A DNA stretch of 64,000 nucleotides. It comes from Vicugna vicugna (Eukaryota). Each line of letters starts with the position of its first letter. Positions within the stretch are counted from its first letter, which is position 1. The notes beneath the pieces are model-generated. The model was not told where the DNA came from. It saw only the letters and a list, made by a program, of their open reading frames with translations, and did no database searches. A program made the position numbers and the translations under genes. The stretch lies in NCBI GenBank assembly GCA_013265495.1, contig MU058226.1, positions 1,016,741 through 1,080,740 of the forward strand, in the 5' to 3' direction. Below, piece by piece: positions 38,901 to 53,689 of the stretch.

Positions 38901-39267
38901 GTGTAATTTTTGGAATCCAAATTTTTCTAGCTGAAATACATATCTGTGTATTTTTATATAGATAAATAAATAATTGGGGGCTCATTTTATTTCAGGGAAT
39001 TTGTGAAGTGATACGGCTAAGAACAAAATCAACAATACCAATCTAAATGGGCTTCTTCCATATAGTATATATTGCTCTGCTGTTCACACGGTTGGCACTG
39101 CTGATGCTGGACACTGGAGCCTGCGGGTAGGACTGTCATCACTGTTGCTCTTGGCAAGTGGATATTGCTACACTCACACCATCTTTGCTAAATGCTTGTG
39201 CTTTGGGAAACTGAGTTTTCCTCTTTTAAGGCAGGATGCCATCTCTGCCCCCTATCAAGACTCTATG

Positions 39268-42200
39268 GAGAGAGAAACAAGATGGTGGAGTAGAAGGACG
39301 TTTGTAGCTCACCCTCTCCCACAAATACACCAAAACTCACCTCTACGGATCCACTCAGCCAACCAGAGCACCTGCCGAACTCCAAAAGAACATCGCCCTC
39401 TTAGAAAGACAAAGACACCAAAAATCTGGTAGGAGAAAAGGAAAAAAGAAAGAAAAAAAAGCAAAACAGTACGGGACCAATCCCGCGGGGAGGGAGCGGC
39501 AAAGGAGGACTGGCACTCGTTCACTGGGTCTCCCCTCTCCAACAGAGAGGCCACTGGGAAGGAGGGGGAGCCTCCAAGGCTCAGATCTGCCCTGAGCACC
39601 CCTTGACTGACAGAACTGAGTTAAATGAGCACAGAGGGTCCCTGCGACACCCAGCCCAAGACGTGAGCAGACAGCTGGGGGCCGGAATAGGCCACTGGAG
39701 CCAGGCGGAGGATGGGGGCGGTTGCACTGAGGCAGCCCCGGGGGACCGCAGGGGGCTGCGCGCCATGGCTGGGAGGGGTTACTGAGCAGAACAACCTCAG
39801 TCCTCCATAAATTGCGAAAAAAGCAAAGCAACACAGCTGGTGTGCCCCAAAGGGAGGGGCGCCGTAGCCTTTGTCTCCTCAGACCCACGGCACCATTACT
39901 GGCACATCTCTCGAGAAGAGAGGCGGGGGCGCAGCCACAGCCGCCACCTCCTGCTGTGTGCAGCTCCCGGGCAGGGAAGGAGCCGGGACCTGAATCCGCA
40001 CCTGGGGCTCTGCAACCTCCTAGGCAGGACTGAGACTTGTTTACAGCCCAGCCCGAGGCAGATAGGATCTTTCTGCCCTGGCACCTCAGAGAACTTGCGC
40101 CAAGACAAACAAGGAGCTGAGATTTGGTACAGAGCAGGGGCGGGCCGTTCTGCGGTCTTCCCCGAGCCCGCCTTTGTGGCTCCAACCCAAGGCGGAGCGG
40201 GCAGCTGCACAGAGCAGCGGAGTGACCGGCGCCAGGAGAGGGCGGGCGGCCACTCGCCTTTCTGGCAGGAACGCAGCACCTGACCACGGTGCTAGGAGGG
40301 GGCGCGATCCACCCACCTGCCTTTCCCCGAGTGCAGCATCTGACTGCGCCATCAGGAGGGGGAGTGACCCTCCCACCCACCGGGTAAGAGCTCAGTTTCT
40401 GACCCAGTGTTAGGAGGGGGCGCCGTCTGCTAGCTGACAGCCACTGGGAGCAGCACAGACGAGGGCGCCAACAGAGGGCCTCTGGAAACAGCAAGCTGAG
40501 TTCGTGAAACAGGGTGAAGACACAAAGTGCACACCATCTCCAGGAGAACTAGATAACTGATACTCCTTAAGCCACAGTGCCAGAGAGATATGAGCAATAT
40601 GAAGAAGCAGAGGAACCACTCCCAATTAAAAGATCAAGAGAAATCCCCTGAAAACACGATCAAGGAAATAGACATTGATGGCCTACTAGATCAAGAATTC
40701 AAAAAAGGAGTGATCAAAGTACTGAAGAAACTAAAAGAAATAGTGTTTAGAGATATAAAATATGTCAAAAATGAAATAGAAGCTATAAAGAAGAACCAAG
40801 TAGAATTAGTAAACTCATTTGCTGAGATGAGAGCTGACCTAAAGGCTGTACAAAGCAGGCTAGATAATGCAGAGGAACGAATAAGTGACCTAGAAGACAG
40901 GACAATAGAAAGCAGCCAGTCAGAACAGCCAAGAGAAAAACAAATAAAAAAAATAAAAACAACATAAGGGACCTATGGGATAATATAAAGCATGCCAATC
41001 TATGCATAATAGGGGTCCCAGAAGGGGAAGAAATTTGAAGAAGTCATGACTGAAAACTTCCCAAACCTAAAGGAATCAGATATCCAAGTACAGGAGGCTC
41101 AGAGGGTCCCAAACAGGAAGAACCCAAACAGACCCACACCAAGACATATCATAATCAAGATGGCCAGAGTCAAGGATAAAGAAAGGATCCTAAAGGCAGC
41201 AAGAGAAAAACAAAGAGTGAGTTACAAGGGAACCCCCATAAGACTCTTAGCTGATTTCTCTACACAAACACTACAGGCCAGAAGGGAGTGGCAAGATATA
41301 TTCAAAGTCCTGAATGAAAAAAAGATGCAGCCTAGGATACTCTATCCAGCAAGGCTATCCTTTAGGATAGAAGGAGAGATAAAGAACTTCACAGACAAGC
41401 AAAAACTGAAAGAGTTTAGCAACACTAAACCCATGCTAAAAGAAATATTGACAGGTCTAATCTAAATAGAAAAGAAGCAGGATGCTACAAAAATGAGAAA
41501 CTCATAACTGGAAAGGAGATAACTGCCATGAATTACAAAAAGAATAAACACAAAATTGTAAAAGAAGACATCTAAATCATCAAGAGTGGGAGAGGGAAGC
41601 AAGGAAAGCCACTGTGGAAAACAGTATGGAGATTTCTCAAAAGACTACGAATAGACTGGCCATATGACCCAGGAATCCCGCTCCTGGGCATATATCCAGA
41701 AGGAACCCTACTTCAAAATGACACCTGCACCCCAGTATTCATAGCAGCACTATTTACAATAGCCAAGACATGGAAGCAGCCTAGATGTCCATCAACAGAT
41801 GACTGAATAAAGAAGATGTATATTTATACGATGGAATACCATTCAGCCACAAAAACGAAAACATAAAGCCATTTGCAGCAACATGGATGTTCCTGGAGAA
41901 TGTCATTCTGAGTGAAGTGAGCCAGAGAGAGAAAGAAAAATACCTTGTGAGATCGCTCATATGAGGAATCTAAAACAAAACAAAACAAATACAAAACAGA
42001 AACAGACTCATAGACATAGAGTACAAGCTTGGGGTTGCCAGAGGGGTGGGGGGTGGGAAGGGGAAGACTGGGATTTTAAAATGCAGAGTAGATAAACAAG
42101 ATTATACTGTATAGCACAGGGAAATATATGCAGGATCTTGTGGTAGCTCACAGCGAAAAAAAAATGTGACAACGAATATATGTATGTTCATGTATAGCTG

Positions 42201-42274
42201 AAAAATTGTGCTCTACACTGGAATTTGACACAACATTGTAAAATGATATAACTCAATAAAAAATGTTAAAAAAT
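39268..42274 (+). mobile_element. Internally deleted L1: CpG-rich 5'UTR + broken ORF1 + ORF2 C-terminus + 3'UTR
   Basis: ORF1-like peptides at 40590-40967 and 41046-41465 (ENFPNL...RVPNRKNPNRPTPRHIIIK...YPARLSF). ORF2 tail starts ~41608 ([11 protein letters not shown]). 11-bp TSD AAGACTCTATG at 39257-39267 and 42275-42285. Confidence 0.92.
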
Positions 42275-42289
42275 AAGACTCTATGACAT

Positions 42290-44050
42290 TACAATTGATA
42301 CCACAGAAATATAAAGGAGCACAGGAATCTACTATGAACTGTTATATGCCAAACAAACAGGATAAACTAGAAGAAATGGATACATTTCTAGAAATATACA
42401 ACCTACGAAGACTAAATCATGAAGAAATAGAAAATCTGAACATAACAACCAGTAAGTAGATTTGATCAATAATCAAAACACATGGGAAAGCTGGACAGCT
42501 ACAAGTAAGTCAATGAAATTAGAGCACCCTCTTACACCATACACAAAAATAAACTCAAAATTGCTTAAAGACCTGAATATAAGACATGATGCCATAAAAT
42601 TCCTAGGAGAGAATACAAGCAAAACATTCTTGGACATTAATCATAGCAATGTTTTCTTAGATCAGTCTCCCAACACTGAAGAAATAAAAGCAAAAATTAA
42701 CAAATGGGACCTAATCAAACTTAAAAGCCTTTGCACAGCAAAGGAAACCATCAATAAAATGAAAAGACAGCCTGTGGAATGGGAGAGAATATTTGCAAAT
42801 GATGTGACCAACAAAGGATTAATTTCCAAAATATATAAACAGCTCATACAACTCAATATCATAAAAACAACCCAATCAAAATATGGGCAGAAGACCTAAA
42901 TAGGCATTTCTCCAAAGAAGACATACGGATGGCCAACAAGCACATGAGAAGATGCTCAACATTACTAATTATTAGAGAAATGCAAATCAAAACCACAATG
43001 AGGTGTCATCTCGCATTGGTCAGAATGGCCATCATCAGAAAGTTATAAATAATAGATCCTGGAGAGGATGTGGAGAGAAGGAAACTCGTGTACACTGTTG
43101 GTGGGCATGTAAATTGGTGAAGCTACTATGGAAAACAGTATGGAGGTTCCTTTAAAACTAAAAATAGAACTACCATATGATCCAGTAGTTCCACCCCTGT
43201 AGGCCCCCGCCTGAAGGCTCTAGAGAATAAGCCATGGGCTAAACTGATAAACAAGCTGTGAGGAATGTCATGTATCCAGTATGGACGGCTGGATAGCCAA
43301 TGACGGGTAAGATCCTCAGAGGAGGACAGCCTAAGACAGGCATAGCTGGCTGGATAAGAGATGGCCTACTTAATGAAGTTTTGTGACAAACTTTGAAACA
43401 ATCTGTCCTTGATCATGTAACATCCTATGCTAACTGCAGGACCTTGGGGACCTAAATAGCTTAAGATTATTAACATAGTCATAACTTAGATGATATGTGA
43501 GGCATCGTGCATGTCCTATATAAACCCTTTCCCAAGAATCAATAAACAGAGAACTGCTTTGCTTCTCTCCACACAGTGTTCATGTGTGTATGATATCGCG
43601 CCACTGACACACCCCTGAGATATATTCAGAAAAAAATGAAGGGACTAATTCTAAAAGATACATGAACCCCAGTGTTCACAGCAGCACTATTTACAATAGC
43701 CAAGACAAGGACAATTGGTTTAAGAAGATGTGCTATGTTTATACAATGGACTATTACTCAGCCATAAGAAGAAAGAAATACTGCCATTTGAAGCAACAGG
43801 GATGGATCACAGTAAGTGAAGTAAGTCAGACAGAGAAAGACAAATATTATATATCACTTATGTGTGGATCTAAAAAATAATACAAATGAATCTATATACA
43901 AAACAGAAACAGACTCACAGACATAGAAAACAAACTTATGGTTACTAAAGGGGAGGGGAATAAATTAGGACATCCGATAAGAACAGAAAATTATAGACAA
44001 ATATCCCTGATTAATTAGATGCAAAAATTCTCAACAAAATGTTAGTGATT
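42290..44050 (+). mobile_element. Older L1 ORF2/3'UTR fragments
   Basis: Peptide LTPYTKINSK...KINKWDLIKLKSLCTAKETINKMKRQP (42462-42899) and 3'-end motifs. Confidence 0.85.
43198..43609 (+). mobile_element. Solo LTR with 6-bp TSD (ERVK-like) inside L1
   Basis: TG...CA ends; TSD CACCCC at 43192-43197 and 43610-43615; TATATAAA ~43517; AATAAA 43541. Confidence 0.85.
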
Positions 44051-44419
44051 TTTCTAGTCAGGATGGAGGAGTCCTAGGCCCACGAGCTGGCCTCTCCTCA
44101 CGACTACAAGAAAACCACAATTGATTGCTAAACAACTGTCAGGAAAAAAAAAAAACAAACTGGAACCTAGCGAAAAAGATCCTCTTCAAATGGAAACATA
44201 AAGAGGGAACCTCAGCAGGACGGTAAGAGGGGCATGCTCGCAATATCACTGGCCGCCATCCCCCTCGGGTGGGTGACCCACAAGCTGAAGGATAATCAAG
44301 TCGCAGAGGCCCTCCCACAGGAGTTAGAGTTGAGTCCCATGTCAGGCTCCCCAGCCCGGGGTTCCGGCATCGGGAGAAGGAGACTCCAGAACATCTGGTT
44401 TTGAAGGCCAGTGGGGTTT

Positions 44420-46830
44420 AACAACATAATCAACTTGCCACCAAGTGGCTGGTTGCCCTCCCCGAGGTACCACACTGGAGTTGATTTATTGCTGGAAGAT
44501 CAGATGTTCACTTGTGGCTGTAACTTTATCAGCCTTGGTGAAAGGGAGCCCATACTGTTAGACCTATGCCTCTCTATGACCGTGGATGCTCCTTTCATAG
44601 CTTGTCATGGAAGCACTGGGGTGGCCAAGGACAGAGGCTGACTAATGCCTACTGGCTGTCATCCTGTGCACTTGATTGGTTAGTGTCTCTTGCATAGTGG
44701 ATACTTTTTGATGGGCATTAACATGTGATAACAATTATCCTAACACTTTGTGTCTACCATACGCCTCTTCCAGATATTCTTGTCCCTATCTTCCAATCTT
44801 GCTCCTTCAGGTCCCTCCCAGGCCCTCCCTGTTAAGCTAGTCACTGCCTGAGTTTGTGCATATTCTTACCTTAGGCTACTTTTGTCTCTACAAAAAGTGG
44901 GTGAGTAGGAGCACCGCCTGACGTTCTGACCATTGGAAGGAAGGTCCCTCAGCACTGTCTCTGATCGTCCCTGAGTGGGGCTATGGTGCAGCATGACAAT
45001 AGTCCATTTTTGGCTCATACCAACATAGAGCTACCAGATTTGTGAACCAAGCTCAGGTTTTCCCCTCTTACATCAGCTGGTCATAGGAACTCCCCATTAG
45101 GTCATATGTGGGAATTGAGGAAAAGATAAAGGCACGACAGTGGTAGGTGACATGAGGATCTGAGTCATTTGTTTATGCAACTAAATTGAGTTAATACCTT
45201 TTAGGAGGGGAGGGTGTAGCTCAGTGGTAGAGTGCATGCTTAGCATGCACGGGGTCCTGGGTTCAAACCCTAGTACCCCCACTAAAAATAAATAAATAAA
45301 CCTAAGTACTTCCTTCCGATGGAAAAAAAAAGAAAAGATACCTTTTAGGTATTCAGTAGTCTTATACCATTTACCAGAAACTGTATAAATCTGCTCTATT
45401 AAATATATCACATTCAGCATATCTACTGCAATTAGGCTAATTTGAGTTAAATTTCTAGTAGTACACTATTGCCTACCGTGATTCATCCAATTTTTGCAAG
45501 AACCAGACTGGCAAATTAACTCAATATGTTGAGATCACCCTCCACCCCTGCATTCTTTATGTAGTTGAAGTGATATTAATTGCTTTCATTACCCTTGATG
45601 TTTTTTAAAATTAATTAATTAATTTTTAAATTGTTACTTACTTTGAGAGGGGAGAGGTAATTCATTTTTTAAAAATTTTATTTTATTGGAGTTACTGGGG
45701 ATTGAACTCAGGACCTTGTGCATGCTAAGCATGCACTCTACCACTGACCTATATCTGCCCCCCCACCCAATATTGTTTTAACTTTCTACCCTGTCTGAGG
45801 TTAGAAGGCTATTTCATGGGCTTCCACTTGGCCTATTTTACTACAGACTTTTACTCCCCAGGTCAGAGAAATAATGTGAGGATTCTGGTTAAACACATCC
45901 ATTCCAATTACGTATTTGGAAACTGAGGAAATGATCACTAAGTGCATGTGTGGACCCAGAGAACCCACTGAGATATGGGTGGACCTGAGATAGGACACAA
46001 ATTATTTCTTGGCTCCTATATGCCTCTCCTCTGATGGGAGTCCATGATGGTGCTTTGGTCTCCCACTAATTAGTATCTAATTGGACCCTGTGTCTAATAG
46101 ATCTAGCAAAGATCTGGGTATTTTCTTCCTTCACTGTATGAATAAGTGGCCATTGATTCCTTCCTTCGGGGGATTACTACTTACACACTTGCCATAGTGT
46201 TGCAGGAAACTTCAACAGGGGACATGGACACTCCCTTAATTAATGGATCCTGGGTCTAAAGTCTGGCTCAGGTCTGGAAACTGGTCAGGGAATCAGAACT
46301 TTCTAGTGGAGCCATTAATCTCAGTTCTTCATCTATCAGTTAAAATGTTAAGCAACACTTTTGTAGGCTGCCCATCTATCTTGCCCCTACGAGTACAATG
46401 GCCTATTACCTATTTCCATAAACTCCTTGCAATCAGAACTGTCTGGCTTAAATTCTTACATTGCTGGCTATTTTGGCTAATTCTGCACACTTTGCTTCTA
46501 CCTTGCTGTCACCTGTCCTCTGGCTTTCTGGGATCCTAATATCCCCATTGATGCTCAGGAGCCAGGTTCTGGAATCTCCTCGAGTCAGCCCTAGCTTACC
46601 AAGTACAGACACAATGAGGTTGATATGGCACTTACTTGCTCATTGCTTATTGCCTGATAAACAGAGTATCCCTCGGCTTCTTCCAAGCAAAATAGTCACC
46701 TTGTGTGTTTTCCGGTTTTTAGAGTAGATTCAGACTGGCATGCCGACTTCTCTGAGCCTTTTGATCTCTTTATGATCACCATGGCAGTTCTGGCATCTTT
46801 ACTTCATTAAATGTGAGCCATCACTTTTGT
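44420..46830 (-). mobile_element. Degenerate ERVL internal (gag/pro/pol) fragments
   Basis: Minus-strand remnants resembling ERVL protease (LVIISSVSKYVIGMD, 45801-45998 ORF) and RNase H (AWFT, ~45035-45052); multiple stops; interrupted by SINEs. Confidence 0.6.
45205..45330 (+). mobile_element. tRNA-derived SINE with TSD
   Basis: TGTAGCTCAGTGGTAGAGTGCATGCTTAGCATGCACGGGGTCCTGGGTTCAAACCC; flanked by the repeat ATACCTTTTAGG (~45195 and ~45338). Confidence 0.85.
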
Positions 46831-49800
46831 TAGAACAGTTTATTGAGATATAACTCACATATAATATTCAATCATTTAAACTCAATGTTTTTTTTTTTAT
46901 TACATTCACAGAGCTGTGCAATAATCACCATATCAATTTTAGAACATTCTCATCACTCCAGAAACATTTTTGGGGAACATTTCCACCACCACATATCCAT
47001 TATTTCTAGGCAGTCACCCCCATTTCCCTCCAACATTCCCTGAACCCTGGACAACCACTACTTTCTGTCTCTATAGATTTACTTATTATGGACCCTTCAA
47101 ATAAATGGAATAATACAGTGTATGGTCTTTTGTAATTGATTGCTTTCACACAGCAAAATATTTTAAAATAAAAGTTCATCCCCATTGTAGCATGAATCTG
47201 TACTTCATTCCTTTCCATGGCCGAATAATATTGCATGGTGTGGATATATCACCTTTTATTTATTCATTCACCTGTTCATGGACATTTGGGCCATTTCTAT
47301 TTTTTGGCTATTATAGGTAATCTTGCTTGAACATATGTTACACATCTAATAATACATAATCTAATATGAAGTAATAATGATTACTTCATATAATTTTGGA
47401 AAGTTTCTATTTTAATGTCTTCAAGGTCACTGATCTTGTCTTCTGCACTATCAAACCTACCATTACACATCCAACACAATCTACTGATCTACCAATACAC
47501 ATGCAGTACATTTTTCTTGGACATTTTCATCTTTAGAAGTTTGTGGTCTTTTATTTCATGTCTCTTAGATAAAACTTTTTGAACATAAGGAATACATTTA
47601 TGTTAACTTTTACTGTCATTGCTAATTCTGACATCTGTGTGTGTCTGTTCTGGGTTAGACTGATTGCTTTTCTCTGCCTTACAAGTTGTATTATCTTGTA
47701 TACCTGGTTATTTTTAATTTGATATCAGAGATTATGATTTTGCCAGGTTAGAAGGCAGATACATTTGCATTCCATAAATTTTTTTCAGCTTTTATTTCTA
47801 GGACAAATGAAGTTACTGAAAAACAGACTGATCTTTCTGGGCCTTACTTTTAATATTTGCTAGGTAAAACTGAAAAGTACTTAGTCCAGGGATAATTATT
47901 CCCAAATACAGACAAAAGATCCTTCTGAATATTCTATCCAATGCCCAGCAAATTATGAAGCTTTCCAGACTGGCTGGGAACGGGGACTATTCCTAGTCCT
48001 GTGGAACACTGTGTACTGTCTCTGTTCTCCTTCTGGATTATTCTTCCCCCTGTCCTTGGATAGTTTCCTTACATGCATGCACTGATGAGCTAAAGACTTG
48101 AGGGGAACTCTCTGCAGACTCGCAGTGCTTTTTGTGTTCAGCGTTCCTCTCCTCGAGCCTTCATTTTGCATATTCTGGCAGGCCTGGCCTCCACAGTTCA
48201 CGGCTCTGTCCTCTTAACTCAGTGAGATGACTGGGCCGTTAGAGCTCCCCCTTCCCCCCACCGTGTCCTGGAAACACTCTCCAGGAAGGAAGCTGGACAA
48301 TTGCAGGCCTCACTGCTTTTGTTTCCCTTCTCTTAGAAGTCACAATTCTTGTGGTGCCTGATGTCCAAGGTCTGAACACCGTGGTTTTATACATTTATCT
48401 GAATTCGTGGTTGTTTAAGTCAGGAGAGTAAATCTGATCCTCGCTACTCCATCACGGCATTTTCAGGCTCGTCACTTTTCTGTTTATACAAAATAGTCCA
48501 GGTTGTTTTATTTTCTATGTTTCATAACTACACTGTTGAAGTTTTAGGAGCCTCTTTGTACTACCTACTGTTCCTTGTGGTTCTCAATCATATTGTCTCT
48601 TGCCCACTTGTATTTACACATCTCTTGCTCCAAGCTGCTCCTTTAACGTGTGCAATTATTTTTGTAAATTCTTTGACACATAGGTTAAATGTCAAACAAA
48701 TAAGTTAGCAACAAATGTGAACAAAAATGAGAATGTGGAATAAGAAATGGAATAAAAATTAAAATCTACCAGCTTGGCAAAGATGTAAGTGAATGATGAG
48801 GATCTTGCCAGTATAGGGAAAATATACTGGTTATAAAGCTTGATAGGATTGAAAACTGGAATCAAAATTTCTTTTTTCTTCTCTTCTTACCAACTTTATT
48901 AATTTGTGTTTACTCTTACAATATTATAGGGTTACAAAGTAAACAATAAAGAGAATATTTAATTTAATAATTGAATATTAGATTCCCTAGACATGGTCTA
49001 AATATTGATTCTGAAAGATTATATAAGATTATTTTTAAGTGTGCCAAGCACAAAGCTGACTTTTTTTAAAATTTTATTTTTTATTGAAGTGTAGTTGACT
49101 TACAATGTTAGTTTCAGGTGTATAGCAAAGTGATTCAGTTATACACAGACATACATAATATATATATATATATTCAGATTCTTTTCCATTATAGCTTGTT
49201 ACAAGAAATTGAATATAGTTCCTTGCGCTATACAGTAGGTCCTTGTTGTTTATCTATTTTATATGTGGTAGTGTGTATCTGTTAATCCCAAATTCCTAAT
49301 TTATCCCTCCACCTGCCTTTCCTCTTTGGTGACCATAGTTTGCTTTTTATGTACAAAGCTGACGTTCTTAACCACTCAAAGGAAGCTGTCTAAAGTCCAG
49401 AGTCTTTTGTTCATCACTATCCTGAGGTATAGAAATTTTAGGAAAAATAATAGGATTAATGACTATATTAAATTTTAATAAGCAGGCTTTCTTTCAGCTT
49501 TGAAATAAAGCTAAGTAGTATAGAATTTCTAAAGGGCACTTTTGCAAATCATCTCAACAATTTAAATGTGTGCTTATATTTTGATGCAGAAATAACTAAA
49601 TCCTTAAAGAATTTATACTAAGATAATCACACATGTTCTGAAAAATATGTGTTCAAGGATGTTTCCTGAATTGTGATTTATATAAGCAAGGTAGTGTAAC
49701 TTATCTAAATGCTGTTATCAATATAATGATGGTATCTGTGAATAGAGGAACACTTAATATGTCTGGCATATATCTGGAGAAAACTCTAATTTGAAAAGAT

Positions 49801-50289
49801 ACATGCACCCCAATGTTCATAGCAGCACTATTTACCATAGCTAAGATACGGAAGCAGCCTAAATGTCCATCAACAGATGACTGAATAAAGAAGTTGTAGC
49901 ATATGTATACAACAGACTACTATTCAGCTATAAGAATAATGCTTTATGCCTCAAAATGGATGGACTTGGAGATTGTAATACTAAGTGAAGTAAGCCAGAA
50001 AAAGAAACAAAAATACCATGTGATATCACTTATACGTGGAATCTAAAAAAAGAAAAAAAGAAGACACTAATGAACTTACCTACAAAACAGAAACAGACTC
50101 ACATAGAAAACAAACTTCTGGTTACCAGAGGGGAAAGGGAAGGAGGGATAAATTGGGTGTTTGGGATTTGCAGATACTAACTACTATATATAAAATAGAT
50201 GAACAACAAGGTCCTACTGTATAGCACAGGGAACTATATTCAATACCTTGTAATAGCCTATAGTGAAAAATAATGTGAAAAGGAGTATG

Positions 50290-50295
<6 letters not shown>

Positions 50296-50343
<48 letters not shown>
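50296..50343. repeat. (TA)n microsatellite in an L1 tail
   Basis: Uninterrupted TA run of about 24 units. Confidence 0.95.
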
Positions 50344-50344
<1 letters not shown>

Positions 50345-51253
50345 TGTATACCAGAAACGAATACAACATTGTAAATCAACTATACTTCAATTAAAAAAAT
50401 ACACAAAGAATTCCCAAAACTCAAAGACAATAAAACACCCATTAAAAAATGGGCAAAAGACCTTAGCAGACACCTTACAAAGAAAATATGCAGATGTGGC
50501 AAACAAGCATATGAAAAAAGCTCCACAACTTAAGTCGTCAGGGAAACGTGAATTAAAACAATGAGATACCACTCAATACTTAATTAGAATGGCCAAAATT
50601 CAGAAAACTGACAACATCAAATGCTGGTGAGGATGTGGACCACAGGAATTCTTACTCATTGCTGGTGGGAATGCAAAATGGTATAGCTTCTTTGGAGATA
50701 TTTTGGTGGTTTGTTACAAAACCTGCCATACGATCCAGCAATCGCCCTCCTTGGTACTCGCCAAAGGAGTTGAAAACCCAGGTCCACACAAAAGCCTGCA
50801 CACAGATGTTTATAGCAGCTTTATTAAAAACTGCCAGAATCTGGAAGCAATCAAGATGTCCTTCAGTAGGTGGACAAATAGATTGTGGTATATTAGACAA
50901 TGGGATACTTTCAGCGCTAAAAAGAAACGAGCTATGAAGCCTTGAAAAGACATGGAGGAAACTTAAATGCTTATTATTAGGTAAAAGAAATCGATCTGAA
51001 AAGGCTACGTCCTGTATGATTCTAACTATATGACATTCTGGAAAAGGCAAAACTATGGAGACAGTAGAGTTCAGTTTTTGCCAGAGGTTAGGGAGAGGGG
51101 AGGAATGAATAGGAGGAGCACAGAGGATTTTTAGGGCAGTAAAGAAACTCTGTATGGTATAATGATGGATACGCGTGTTATACATTTGTTCAAACCCATA
51201 TAATGTACACCACTAAGAGGTAAACAAGCTAACTTTGGACTTTGAGTGATTAT

Positions 51254-51732
51254 TGTGAACGAAAAATACTGCAAACCGTATCAGTAAACAAAGAATGCTG
51301 GAGCCATCAAGTCATCAGCTGCTGCCACCAACCCCTGAGTGGAGACAAGCCTGCAGCCCGGCCTCTGCAGCCACCCACAGTGGAGCACTCTGAGGGGACT
51401 CAGAACAAGAAAGGACAGGATACTCGCCCTAGATAGCTAGTTGCTTGTCAAAGGAATGATTTCAATGAGCTCAAATGTTTGCTTCCTCCCATACATAGAA
51501 AAGTGCTAAATTATTTAACTTGAGCTGTCTGGTTTTCTTCAGTCAACAAGTAATCTTTTGATGTTCCAGCTACCTGGTTTTTGTTGTAAAACTCTTACAT
51601 ATCCTGGCTTCTCCCTACCTCTTCGGGGCAGTTTCTCAGAGTGATCTGAGAGGCTGTCATCCTGGCTTGAGTCCTCCTGCCAAATAAAACATAACTTTCA
51701 ATTTTTAGGTTGTGCATTTATTTCAGTCGACA
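51254..51732 (+). mobile_element. Solo LTR with 4-bp TSD (ERV1-like) inside an old L1 3' end
   Basis: TGTGAACG...GTCGACA; TSD TTAT at 51250-51253 and 51733-51736; AATAAA ~51683. Confidence 0.8.
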
Positions 51733-52899
51733 TTATGATGTGTCAATGTAAGTTTACCCATTATAACAAATGTACCACTCTGTGGGGGATGTTGATGAAT
51801 GGGGCGGTTATACATGTAGGAGGGGGGCAGGGGGTAAATGGAAATCTCTGTGTCTTCCTCTCAATCTCAATTTTGTTGTGAAGCTAATACTGCTCTAAAA
51901 AAAAAGCCTTAAAAAAATTGGTCCTAGAATAGAGGATCAGAATACGAGTTTTAACACGATTTGGACATGATCTGTCAAGTATAAAGGATCCTAATATGAG
52001 TTTAAAGGATTTTAATGTAACTTAGTTTTGAAAGCATTTTTTGATGGACACACAAGAAAATTAAAATGATGCTGAAGGCAACACACACACACAGACACAA
52101 ACACACACACACGTCACATCTCCCCAACTGCTATCCCCCAGTCGCCTAGGTTATTTACCCAGAAACCAGTTATTCTCTTCCCTGAAAAATACTAGTCTTT
52201 TTAGTAAAATACAAATCTATGCTTCTATTTAGTCATTGGTGTATGTTGTTTTATCAGTAAAAGAGCTCAGGCCACAGACTTGGAGAAAATATTTGCAATA
52301 TCTGATAGAAGACTTGCATCTGGAATATACAAAGAACCCTTAAAACTCAACAATAAGAAAATGGATAATTTAAAAATGTGCAGAATCTATGAAAACGAAT
52401 ATATGTATGTATATGCAAGACTGAGACATTATGCTGTAAACCAGAAATTGACACACCATAATTGACTGTACGTCAATTAAAAATGTGCAATATCTGAACA
52501 GATAATTCATTAAAGACACTATACAGATGGTGCATGAAAAAGCATATAGAAAGATACTCAATATCATATGTAATTAGGGAAATACAAATAAAAAGCAATA
52601 TACCATTACACATCTATTTGAATAATTAAAATAAAAACTGGTAATACCAAGTACTGGTGAGGATGTGGAGCAACAGGAACTATAGGTCTGTTAGGGCTGC
52701 TGTAAGAATAGAGCACCAGCTGGGTAGTTTGTAAACAGGAAGTTACTGCTCATAGTTTTGGAGGCTGGACATCCAAGATCACTGCACCAGCAAGGCTGGG
52801 TAAGGACTTTCTTCCTGGCTCATGGCTGGTACTTCCTGGCTATGTGCTCACACAATGCAAAGGGCTTGGGATCTCTCTGAAACCTCTTTTTAAAGGCAC

Positions 52900-53689
52900 T
52901 ATGATATTGTGATTCACAATAAGAAATATTTATTTGGTCTTCCTTCCTTTTCCTGCCACAGAGTTACTAAAACCTTTGGAATTTCCTAAGTGATGAAAGC
53001 GATAGAAGTGTCTTTCGTTATGTTAATGAGGTGACTTTTGGAAAGCCCCAGCTACCCTAAGGATGAGGGCTGGTCACAGGAGGAACCTACCATGTGATTA
53101 GGGGCTTTTTACTTTCAGTCCCACCTCCATGACTTCCATGGAGGGGACAGGGGCTGGAGGTAGATAACTGCTAATGGCCAATGGCTGAATCAATGATGCC
53201 TATGTAATGAAGCCTCCATAAAAACCCAAAAGGATGGGGTTTGGAGTTTTCAGGCTGGTGAACACATGGAGGTGCTGGGAGAGTGGTGTCTTTTCTCATA
53301 TACTTCGACCTATGCATCTCTTCCATCTGGATGCTCACCTGTATCCTTTATCATACTCTTTTATAATAAACTGGGAAACAGTAAGCAAACTGTTTTCCTG
53401 AGTTCTGTGAGTCACTCTAGCAAATTAATCTGGAGGGTGTCCTGGAACCACCGATTTATAGCTGATCAGTCTGAAGCATAAGTGACAACCTTGATTTGTG
53501 ATTGGCACCTGAAGTTGGAGGGGTATTCTTGTGAGACTAAACCCTCAATGTGGGATCTGATGTGATCTCCAGGTAGAGACAGAAGATAGTGTCAGAACTG
53601 AGTTGAACTGAGGCCCCTCGGGTGGTGTCAGAGAAGTGCGTGGCAGTGTGGAAAAAACCCACACCTTACGAACTGGGAACAGGATTGCA
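52900..53689 (+). mobile_element. MER21-like LTR nested in an MLT1 LTR (~52681-53828), itself nested in L1
   Basis: TSD GGCAC at 52895-52899 and 53690-53694; MLT1 sequence resumes on both sides; L1 (GGATGTGGAGCAACAGGAAC...CTCATTCCTTGTTGG) flanks the MLT1. Confidence 0.7.

Noticed and set aside
39355..40494. 379-aa minus-strand ORF
   Set aside because: Antisense to the GC-rich L1 5'UTR; no domain similarity; explained by stop-codon scarcity.
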